Part shown: one piece after another, positions 17,701-24,164 of the stretch
Numbering within the stretch: position 1 is the stretch's first letter
Layout of the letters: each line of letters begins with the position of its first letter
Assembly (NCBI GenBank): GCA_937910355.1
Contig: CALEPA010000116.1
Span: 1-25,060 of the forward strand
DNA length: 25,060 bases
Direction of reading: 5' to 3'
Source of the DNA: an uncultured Fidelibacterota bacterium
Lineage (GTDB): Bacteria > Fidelibacterota > Marinisomatia > Marinisomatales > TCS55
Notes under the pieces: generated by a model
What the model was told of the DNA's origin: nothing
The model's input: only the letters and a program-made list of their open reading frames with translations
Databases searched by the model: none
Translations under genes and position numbers: made by a program

Positions 17701-20359
17701 ATATCAACAAGTCCTGCATCTTATTTTCAAGAAACTGCCAACGCCGGGGCAGAAAATAGCTTAAGAAATCATCCAACACATTCGCTTGTTTCAATTCATC
17801 ATTTGTCCGGCGGGGAAGTGTTTGATAAAACCTCTTCTCCGCAAGTTTTTGGACAGTTTCATATAATTGAACTGTTTTTTGACGGAAAATATCCGACGGC
17901 TTTTGAGTGGAAAAAGTCCTGACCGCGTCTTTTAATAAATCTGTTCGAGGCAGGCGATGGTAATAATAGTTTTCGGCCTGTTTTCTAATCTGTTCGGTTA
18001 ATTCTTCCATCAGGCGCCGAATTTTTAGGGGAATTTCCTTTATCTCCAATTCACCCCCCAGGGTCAAACGGAAAGTCCGATTCGCCAGGTTAAAGCCCTC
18101 CACCGTACGGGAAAAATTAGTCATCGGAATAAGCCCGATTCCCTGATGCGCCAGTTGAAAGGCCAGCTTTTCAATTTGAACCACAGCCGGCATTTTTTGA
18201 ACCGCCAATTGCGGATACATGGCCCCCTGCGGCGGCAAAAAACGTATCTTGTAAGGATTGATTTCATCCGGCAAAGCCTCAAAAGCCTCCTGAATCGCAC
18301 AGGACCGCTGCCACAAAATCCAATCCCGCATCCGCCAAAAAAAGGACACTTTTTCCTGCCCCCTGCGATAAAAAAGGGTGCTCATGAGAATGGCCATTAA
18401 ATTGGGTCGAATATGGGACAGCCTCGCCTGAAATTTTTGGCGTGAGGCCGGATCCGGAATTTCGCAAACGGCCAATCTTGCACCCGCCTTGCAATCGGTT
18501 TTAGAAATCGACTGAAGCGTAATCAAATTCCGCAGGTGCGATTCCCGAAGCTTACCCTTTCCGAGAGCCGTCACGGCAATCTTTTTCAGGCTTCTGACCG
18601 GCACTTTTTCGGCCCTGATTTCCGGAGATTCGATCACCACGTCGGAATAAGACAAATCATCGATCACACGAATTCCACGCTGCAGACAATAAATCAGGAT
18701 CTTCTCCACATCTTGCTCGTCCCAGATTTTTCCGGTGGCATTCTGCGGATTATTCCAGATTACAATGCCTGTGTTTCGCCAATCGGAATCGGCCGCCAAC
18801 TTTTGTTCCAGCACCGAAATAAATCGATCCGGATTAATTTGTAAATCCTCGTTTAACGGCACGGCCGTCACATGCGGAAAAGCATCCCCGACTGTCCAGC
18901 TAAAATCGGGGATGATGACGTCCTGAATCCTCCACGCTTCTGCCATTGTGCTGAGCCCTGTCCGGGCCGACCCGCTGACGGGCACCAGGTGAGCCGGATC
19001 ATATTCCGGATGAAGATTTTGAAAGACCGATAAAAAGGAGCGCGTCAGGGTCTTCTGCCATTCTGAATCGTTTAGATTTGTAAAAAACTGAAGCAGTATT
19101 TCAGCCTGCTGTTTTCCTGAAAAAGGGTCCGGCAAGGCTCTGTTTAGCTGTTTCCCCCGAAAAAAGGAAACCGTTTTTTCAAGTCCCACCCCCAGGATTT
19201 CGGATGCTTTTGAAAAATGTCCAACCATTTGCTGAACATCCGCCGCAATTTCCTCAACAGTCTCCGCCGCGCCCCGCAAAACGCCGGGAAACCTTCCGGC
19301 CACTGCAAAATTTTCATACTCCGAAAAATCATCAGCCGGACTCGGGATGTCAAATCGGCGTTTATTTTGGCCCCGCCGGCTCAAATCGAATGTGCCGTCC
19401 TCATTCAGGAAGAAATCCAACAGTTTAATTTCACTTGCGGGAGGAGTCCCCATCTTCTTAAAATGCCTGCGGTTGAAGGCTTCGATGATTTCAGCCGGTC
19501 CCAGTAAAAAGGCAAGGCTGGAATATTTCAATTCGGGATGGATAATCTCCGGCGACAGAATTCGAACCATTCGCGTCTTCGTCCCGCGGACTGCGGAGAG
19601 ACTTTCGGAAGATGCCGTCTGATTCACTTCAATCAAAAAGATGCGTTTTTCCAAAAGCAATCGACTTAAACGTCTGCGATGACTTTCTTCAAATTTTTTG
19701 TGCAGCACCATGAATCCGACGGACTTTGAACCTTCGGACGCAAAAAAGCTTTCTAATTTCTGAATTTGAGAAGAACCCTCCGTGTCAAAAAATAACACTT
19801 CTCCCGGATATCTTTCATGCACTTCCGGGACTTCCGGAGCGCCCACAACCAGAAGCGTTTTTCGAGGGGTTTCTGCCTGCTCAAAAAACATCTGCAAAAG
19901 TATTTTTAGAGCCTGCCAACGCCCGCCGGAAGCCATAGCAAATTCCGGGGCGGTGTTATTTTTCGAGAAATTGTATCGTACCGGTGTTTTGGGGCTGTCA
20001 TTGAAAAAAACGGCCAGTTTACGAGTGAGTGTCCCCGGATTTTTAGGCGAGAATCCCCCGGCCGGCGCGTACGAGACGGATTTGCGGGATGTCTCGAACA
20101 GAAGCCGGAAATAGGATTGAATATCCGCATCGTCAAGCGATTGGAAAAACACTTTTTCATCGAAATCCCCGGCAGTCAGGCCGGAAAAATCGTCTCCCGA
20201 AAGAATCGCGTTGTACAGGCGATTCAACGCCTCATCCTGAACCGGATTGCCGATATGAAAATTCACTCGGCTTTTGGGATCCACGCCCGCTTCCGCCGTC
20301 AGTTGACTAATTTCTCCGACCAGCGGCGGAGAGCTTTTTTTAAGTTTCAAAAATGTCAT
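14711..20359 (-). CDS. Giant (1882 aa) multidomain protein: two tandem PLP-dependent aminotransferase-fold (class I/II) units fused to a C-terminal phosphoenolpyruvate-carboxylase (PEPC)-fold module with non-canonical catalytic motifs
   Basis: It is a single uninterrupted ORF. Aminotransferase unit A spans about aa 30-330 (NFHIGNPV, YAPAGG...LTRKLA, GGRWQALKILLQ...TLLVVGAPEVPEV) and has no Schiff-base Lys. Aminotransferase unit B spans about aa 400-800 (VSGSARTGL...DVIIPDFSW, IWNNPQNATG matching xNPxNPTG, IDDLSY, and SISKTDCKAGARLA matching SxSK..GxR). PEPC-like motifs run from about aa 900 to the C-terminus: DRTVHPTQ (cf. TAHPTE), SFWGDWDGSTRP (cf. WMGGDRDGNP), QVSMAG (cf. VISMA), IVPLFEELE (cf. 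APLFETLDDL), MGEFFIAGSD (cf. MIGYSDS), KFGSGESPQRQGG (cf. FHGRGGSIGRGG), LRAIGHNKAQTFLLG (cf. LRAIPWIFAWTQNRL), and a terminal ...SGNSG (cf. ...MRNTG). The ORF call is confident. The domain reading is from memory of family motifs only. Confidence 0.6.
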   Translation of the reverse strand: MTFLKLKKSSPPLVGEISQLTAEAGVDPKSRVNFHIGNPVQDEALNRLYNAILSGDDFSGLTAGDFDEKVFFQSLDDADIQSYFRLLFETSRKSVSYAPAGGFSPKNPGTLTRKLAVFFNDSPKTPVRYNFSKNNTAPEFAMASGGRWQALKILLQMFFEQAETPRKTLLVVGAPEVPEVHERYPGEVLFFDTEGSSQIQKLESFFASEGSKSVGFMVLHKKFEESHRRRLSRLLLEKRIFLIEVNQTASSESLSAVRGTKTRMVRILSPEIIHPELKYSSLAFLLGPAEIIEAFNRRHFKKMGTPPASEIKLLDFFLNEDGTFDLSRRGQNKRRFDIPSPADDFSEYENFAVAGRFPGVLRGAAETVEEIAADVQQMVGHFSKASEILGVGLEKTVSFFRGKQLNRALPDPFSGKQQAEILLQFFTNLNDSEWQKTLTRSFLSVFQNLHPEYDPAHLVPVSGSARTGLSTMAEAWRIQDVIIPDFSWTVGDAFPHVTAVPLNEDLQINPDRFISVLEQKLAADSDWRNTGIVIWNNPQNATGKIWDEQDVEKILIYCLQRGIRVIDDLSYSDVVIESPEIRAEKVPVRSLKKIAVTALGKGKLRESHLRNLITLQSISKTDCKAGARLAVCEIPDPASRQKFQARLSHIRPNLMAILMSTLFYRRGQEKVSFFWRMRDWILWQRSCAIQEAFEALPDEINPYKIRFLPPQGAMYPQLAVQKMPAVVQIEKLAFQLAHQGIGLIPMTNFSRTVEGFNLANRTFRLTLGGELEIKEIPLKIRRLMEELTEQIRKQAENYYYHRLPRTDLLKDAVRTFSTQKPSDIFRQKTVQLYETVQKLAEKRFYQTLPRRTNDELKQANVLDDFLSYFLPRRWQFLENKMQDLLILKEAVRLKQKHPVFRETLFRKFLQELHGEDLESRRDEFTKRLFDRTVHPTQMYSIRVEQLFIQMAKNSVLPEIYESVPVSKLFRELVYEFVGENVPISSQMEAEEVVCDFEALHLAENYGEIFTGESEHIALSFWGDWDGSTRPSGQGHTLISGPLIANIRALALQIKLFQNEQLLTQDEERALQAIGSIEKQIENFRKILQKITQLTSRLEEKYRKTIPLEYAIGRLKRFLRKLRLLRDPLKTLWKHNDRNERRMQQYRRQRSSEMRRLFEINQTLIRIAKDVTLRNREKLQSEKWLFFMSFYKNYLKRFYLTPRIHQKIILDKDQFTVNTTVYNLVELNVLGSLYGYEGLVLAIQVSMAGNPHAILTLYRKLCEEKERVLHKNPELNLPDIRIVPLFEELEAIQKIPEFLDEIWEYAEKSRKLRQRPQDRFCEIMGEFFIAGSDLSQQVGQLKAYSLYQDARDLLNRWMWKKDLLGKIRIKFGSGESPQRQGGYYDPTGGSPVFRDEVFANEAFQSKMDALELRSFRRARSPLMGILSHSDFRTFQSNVMERLRNLPAGELADVFHNIRTKQVDYWNRVFVKASQLPESDPAVWQKLSSVVRREDDEIFVEFLDYVKSNFTQIVYGRPEDMTGIHVVSYFLSRTLLPLRDRPTVRPSREPVLDRSREILERLSNTLPLATHGTMLRAIGHNKAQTFLLGVNQFTTGLFLSLYQFLEMEGAKRTEQFRLHILPHLPVRDILNTLRLYHDPDLIFLKRIEDAFPPGNSALKALKEEQSILKDFIPLFQEELLRKSGVLTKGQIPCRKKIDELLPYLRPDLAVLLQRDIFNWEADAAFPANRLSEKWRRAFQEEFDKRRIIGESRKKMWEMLEKPISEQVRSFIELAKAVKSLFTREAAFQLRGSGVSRGRVTRLATQINDMLRNIVDDSMRQFLLTAVQFLLYLPETMKDIPEEVLLALRDMEKILKLDEEALTQEQQRILLSYFLKMARTSGNSG

Positions 20360-20383
20360 TTAAGGGTGCATTTACGTCTATCA

Positions 20384-21346
20384 TTAATCTTTTTGGGCGG
20401 TTTTCGCCGGCTGAATAGCCTCTAACAACGATTGCAAAATCTTCGGCAATCCGTTATAAATTTCGGGGGAAAATGTGACAATCGTACGCGCGCTTTTTAA
20501 TTGCTGGCTGGCTTCTACCAATCGTGTGAGCTGCGGGGTTAGCATAATAAGTTCAGGATGTTTGCTGAGCAATTCGACTTCCTCTTTTTCCAATTCCAGC
20601 GACAGGCGTTTTTTCTCCGTCTCTTTTTCAAGCAGCTTCCGCTCTAATTCAGCCGCTTTTAATTCCTCTATTTCTTTCAATTTGAGATGCTCCATCTCCA
20701 TTTGGTGCTTGAGATGAGCAATTTCATCATCAGCTTTCAACTTCAATTTCTCAGTGGCAATTCGAGACTGCTGATTTGCTTTTTCCGTGGCCTCTTGAAT
20801 GTGGGCTTCTTCCTGCTGCCGGATGGCATCGGCGATTTTCTTGTCCGCGGCTTCCGCTTCGGAAACAACCACAGATGTCACGGTAACCCCAAAATTGTGC
20901 GCCAATTCCCCGAGATGTTCTCTCAGCAATTGGGCTAATTTCTCACGAGAGACCTGCGTAATTTCCAGTGTTTCCACCAATTCGCCCACCAGACCCTGAA
21001 CGGTGCCCGACAATTCTTCTGCCACTTTGTCCACGGCTTCCGAGGTCCATCCTCCGATACGCACCAGATTCTCCGCACGATGCGGATCAGGATAAAATGA
21101 GACGGAAAGTTTAATCACAACACCGATTTTGCCCTGTGCCTGTGTTTTAACTTCGGTTGAAATCGTTTTCATTGTGGCCGGCAGCGCCAACACCGATTTT
21201 GAAACGTACCATCGCTTCAGATAGGGTTGAATTTTTCCGTGTTTTTCAATCAGCAGCAATTGATCGGGACGGCGAACTTTAAAGGAAACCACAACAAGGA
21301 TTACCAATAAGACAATAAAAGCGATTAAAATTAGCCACAAAACCAT
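20384..21346 (-). CDS. SPFH/band-7 (flotillin/prohibitin-like) membrane protein with a C-terminal coiled coil
   Basis: It has an N-terminal TM helix (VLWLILIAFIVLLVILVVV) and an SPFH-like core (...ISTEVKTQAQ...VVIKLSVSF...). The C-terminus is a long Glu/Lys/Leu-rich coiled coil. The ORF table starts it at a TTG at 21421. An in-frame ATG (MVLWLIL...) at about 21346 is preceded 6 nt upstream by a GGAGGA Shine-Dalgarno and is the likelier start. The displayed sequence and the ORF table disagree by one base there, so the coordinate is uncertain by 1 nt. The stop is 24 bp before the giant gene start, which suggests co-transcription. Confidence 0.7.
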   Translation of the reverse strand: MVLWLILIAFIVLLVILVVVSFKVRRPDQLLLIEKHGKIQPYLKRWYVSKSVLALPATMKTISTEVKTQAQGKIGVVIKLSVSFYPDPHRAENLVRIGGWTSEAVDKVAEELSGTVQGLVGELVETLEITQVSREKLAQLLREHLGELAHNFGVTVTSVVVSEAEAADKKIADAIRQQEEAHIQEATEKANQQSRIATEKLKLKADDEIAHLKHQMEMEHLKLKEIEELKAAELERKLLEKETEKKRLSLELEKEEVELLSKHPELIMLTPQLTRLVEASQQLKSARTIVTFSPEIYNGLPKILQSLLEAIQPAKTAQKD

Positions 21347-21542
21347 TATAAATCCTCCAAATTGATATGGGGCTGAAGAAAAATATTTGTTAAATATACA
21401 CTCTTCAGCTTCATTTTGCAAGAAGAAAAGTTTTTAGTGAAAAAAACTTTTGCCCGAAACACATTGATTTTACGGGTAATGCAATCAATGGCCGAAAAAA
21501 AACTTGAAACAAACAAAATGTTTTAATACTATAAATCATATT

Positions 21543-21565
21543 TTTAGGAATGCCTAAATTTAGGG
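21543..21565. promoter_or_regulatory. DtxR/IdeR-type operator (TTTAGG-aatg-CCTAAA, plus a third direct half-site TTTAGGG)
   Basis: The palindrome core TTAGG-N4-CCTAA matches the core of the DtxR box consensus TTAGGTTAGCCTAACCTAA. It ends 18 bp upstream of the DtxR-family gene start codon and overlaps the likely promoter. Confidence 0.5.
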
Positions 21566-21575
21566 TTTTTGCGTA

Positions 21576-22250
21576 ATGAAAAACGAAGCCATCGAAGATT
21601 ATCTAAAAACCATGTTTCAACTTGAAACCGAGCACGGCAAAGTCTCAACCACGGCTTTAGCCAAACGATTGGAAATTGCGCCGGCCTCTGCCACCGGCAT
21701 GATAAAAAAATTAACGGGATTGGGGTTTCTGACCTACAAACCTTACGGCGGTGTGACGTTAACCTGGAAAGGAAAAAAAGCGGCTCTTGAAGTGATCCGG
21801 CATCACCGCTTGATCGAAAGCTTCCTCTTTAACACATTGAAACTCCCCTGGGACAGAATTCATCAGGAGGCGGAAAAATTAGAGCATGTGATTTCGGAAG
21901 ATTTGGAAGAAAGAATCGACCAATTTCTGGGTTCTCCCAAAACAGACCCCCACGGGGCTCCGATTCCAACCAAAAACGGAAAGGTGGACTTCAAAGAAAA
22001 CACTCTTTTGTCTGACCTAAAAGCCGGAGATTCATGCACCATTATTGAGGTGAGCGATCAGGACGCCGAATTGCTGCGGTATCTTGGAAACAGAAATCTT
22101 TTCCCCGGGACAAAATTAACAGTGCTTTCCGTGGAACCCTTTGACGGCCCATTAACGATTCATACCGGAGAAATGACCTCTATTCTGGGCCGAAAAGCGG
22201 CGAGCCGGATTTTTGTTCAAATTGAAAAACGTGAAAATAAAGCTGAGTGA
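21576..22250 (+). CDS. DtxR/MntR-family metal-dependent transcriptional repressor with a C-terminal FeoA/SH3-like domain
   Basis: It has an N-terminal winged HTH (STTALAKRLEIAPASATGMIKKL), a metal-binding/dimerisation region (HHRLIESFL...), and a C-terminal FeoA-like domain (GDSCTIIEVSDQDAELLRYLGNRNLFPGTKLTVLSVEP). The transporter gene starts 10 bp after its stop. Confidence 0.85.
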   Translation: MKNEAIEDYLKTMFQLETEHGKVSTTALAKRLEIAPASATGMIKKLTGLGFLTYKPYGGVTLTWKGKKAALEVIRHHRLIESFLFNTLKLPWDRIHQEAEKLEHVISEDLEERIDQFLGSPKTDPHGAPIPTKNGKVDFKENTLLSDLKAGDSCTIIEVSDQDAELLRYLGNRNLFPGTKLTVLSVEPFDGPLTIHTGEMTSILGRKAASRIFVQIEKRENKAE

Positions 22251-22259
22251 AGGATTAAA

Positions 22260-23543
22260 GTGGGTATGCCTAAACAGAATCGATCTGCAAGATTACGTGG
22301 CCGTATTAGGTCCAGAGCGCGCAAGGAACGCCGTAACCTGCTTTATTTCTTAGGGGTAATCGGGCCGGGTCTGGTTGTGATGTTTGCCGATACCGATGCG
22401 GGGAGTGTGATCACCGCTGCACAGAGCGGTGCAGTGTGGGGGTACAAGCTGCTCCTACTGCAAATCCTGCTGATCCCTATTGTCTACATGGTGCAGGAGC
22501 TTGCCGTGCGACTGGGGCTGGTAACCGGCAAAGGACACGGAGAACTCATCCGTGAACACTTCGGCACAGGGTGGGCATGGCTTTCGGTCTCCACTCTGGT
22601 GGTTGCCTGCCTGGGAGCTTTGGTCACCGAATTTGCCGGAGTGGCCGGTGCCGGGTTGCTGTTTGGAATTCCCCCCTGGATAAGCGTAGGCATGGCAGTG
22701 CTGCTTCTTTGGTTTGTGGCCTGGACCGGTTCGTACCTCTCGGTCGAGCGTATTGCCATTCTGATCGGCAGCTTTGAATTGGTCTTCCTGCTGGTGGCCT
22801 GGTGGGCACGTCCCAGCCCAGCGGCTATGCTGGATGGCTTGACCAAGATCCCATGGCGCCAGCCCGGATATATGTACTTGGCTGTGGCCAACATCGGCGC
22901 GGTGATTATGCCCTGGATGGTATTCTACCATCAGTCTGCGATTGTTGATAAAGGACTGAAAGCTAAAGATTTACGGGCATCCCGCAGGGACACAGCTCTG
23001 GGTGCAATCATCACACAGCTTATCATGATAGCGATACTGGTGACGGTCGCCGCAACCATTGGCATATACCATCCCGGTGAATCCCTGGACACGGTACAAC
23101 AGATAGCAGACGCACTGACTCCATTCTTAGGTAAGACGGTCGGGACAATCCTGTTTGCTATGGGTATGGTCGGGGCGTCATTAGTGGCAGCAATTGTGGT
23201 CTCACTTGCGACTGCCTGGGGATTGGGTGAAGTGAGCGGTTACCAGCGGTCTCTCGAACACCAGCCTCGCAAGGCCCCGTGGTTCTATCTAATCTACACC
23301 GCTATGCTAATAATAGGAGGTTTTATAGTGCTTTCGGGGATGAACCTGGTCAACCTGAGTGTGGCCGTACAAGTCATGAACGCAGCGCTGCTGCCGATTG
23401 TGCTGGGTTTTCTCTACCTGCTGGCACTCAAGGCACTGCCAAAGCCATACCGCCTGCATGGGATCTACTCTGTGGTGGTAGGTGTGGTGGTGGCAATAAC
23501 AAGCCTTTTAGGGATATACGCCGCGTTCAGTTTAATTTTTTAG
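22260..23543 (+). CDS. mntH: NRAMP-family divalent metal (Mn2+/Fe2+) transporter, MntH-like
   Basis: It has GPGLVVMFADTDAGS...AGAVWGYKLL...VQELAVRLGLVTGKGHGE in TM1-2, and AVIMPWMVFYHQS (cf. MPHN.YLHS) in TM6. It is multi-TM at 427 aa. An AAGGA lies 5-6 nt upstream of the GTG/ATG start. Confidence 0.8.
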   Translation: MGMPKQNRSARLRGRIRSRARKERRNLLYFLGVIGPGLVVMFADTDAGSVITAAQSGAVWGYKLLLLQILLIPIVYMVQELAVRLGLVTGKGHGELIREHFGTGWAWLSVSTLVVACLGALVTEFAGVAGAGLLFGIPPWISVGMAVLLLWFVAWTGSYLSVERIAILIGSFELVFLLVAWWARPSPAAMLDGLTKIPWRQPGYMYLAVANIGAVIMPWMVFYHQSAIVDKGLKAKDLRASRRDTALGAIITQLIMIAILVTVAATIGIYHPGESLDTVQQIADALTPFLGKTVGTILFAMGMVGASLVAAIVVSLATAWGLGEVSGYQRSLEHQPRKAPWFYLIYTAMLIIGGFIVLSGMNLVNLSVAVQVMNAALLPIVLGFLYLLALKALPKPYRLHGIYSVVVGVVVAITSLLGIYAAFSLIF

Positions 23544-23584
23544 CGAAGCAATGATTGCAGAAGTAAAAACAAAATTAGTACGCT

Positions 23585-23651
23585 TCTTTCCCCTTTTTCC
23601 CGGGGTAAACCCAGGGGCTAAATAGAGCAAGAATTCTAAAGAATTCTGAAG
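23585..23651. repeat. Partial copy of the REP/BIME-like unit (CCCGGGGTAAACCCAGGGGCTAAA...GCAAGAATTCTAAAGAATTCTGAAG) upstream of the RAYT gene
   Basis: It matches the 5' half of the tandem units downstream of the transposase gene. Confidence 0.6.
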
Positions 23652-23705
23652 CGGGAAAAAGCGGTCCTTATGAATAAACTTTTTATATAATGAAAGGGGC
23701 GCAAT

Positions 23706-24140
23706 ATGCCGTATTGGCGGTTACAGTATCAAGCAGCCTGGGCTTGCAAAAATCGTGAGTGTCTTATTCTTCCAGTGTGGGAATTTGAATTATTTAAATA
23801 TTTACTGAGGAAAGGATCTCAATTGGGAGCAATCATGCACGCTGTAGGCGGAATTGAAAACCATGTTCACGTTGTCTTCTCCCTGCCGCCACAATATGCC
23901 GTGGCCGATTTCATTGGCAAATTAAAAGGAACCAGTTCACATTGGGTAAATCATTTTTTAAATGAAAATTCCCATTTCAAGTGGCAGATTGGCTATGGTG
24001 TATTTTCATTCGGGGACAGCGCTATGAATAATATTATTGCCTATACTCAAAACCAAAAAGAGCATCACAAAAATAACACGATTATCCCTGCTTTTGAAAA
24101 ATGGAATGAAGATAATGAAGAGACATCCGTCTCAAGATAA
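23706..24140 (+). CDS. IS200/IS605-family HUH tyrosine transposase homologue, most likely a REP-associated tyrosine transposase (RAYT)
   Basis: At 144 aa it has the HUH motif HVHVVFSLPP and a C-terminal catalytic Tyr in a Y-x-x-NQ-x-x-HH context (IAYTQNQKEHH). A TATATAAT -10-like box and a GAAAGGGG Shine-Dalgarno lie upstream. REP-like palindromic repeats sit on both sides. Confidence 0.8.
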   Translation: MPYWRLQYQAAWACKNRECLILPVWEFELFKYLLRKGSQLGAIMHAVGGIENHVHVVFSLPPQYAVADFIGKLKGTSSHWVNHFLNENSHFKWQIGYGVFSFGDSAMNNIIAYTQNQKEHHKNNTIIPAFEKWNEDNEETSVSR

Positions 24141-24164
24141 ATCCTGGGGCCAAAATCCAGGAAC

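Noticed and set aside
15002-20425. Many internal ORFs of 60-213 aa on both strands
   Set aside because: All lie inside the 5.6-kb giant gene. Its single long frame with coherent domain motifs explains the region. Open alternate frames are expected in ~50% GC sequence.
20475-20999. Ser-rich 80-aa plus-strand ORF and others opposite the SPFH gene
   Set aside because: These are antisense translations of the Glu/Lys/Leu coiled-coil coding region of the SPFH gene. Their low-complexity, repetitive composition is an artefact.
22455-22931. Minus-strand ORFs of 136-158 aa inside the NRAMP gene
   Set aside because: These are antisense frames of a GC-rich membrane-protein gene. The plus-strand frame carries unmistakable NRAMP motifs.
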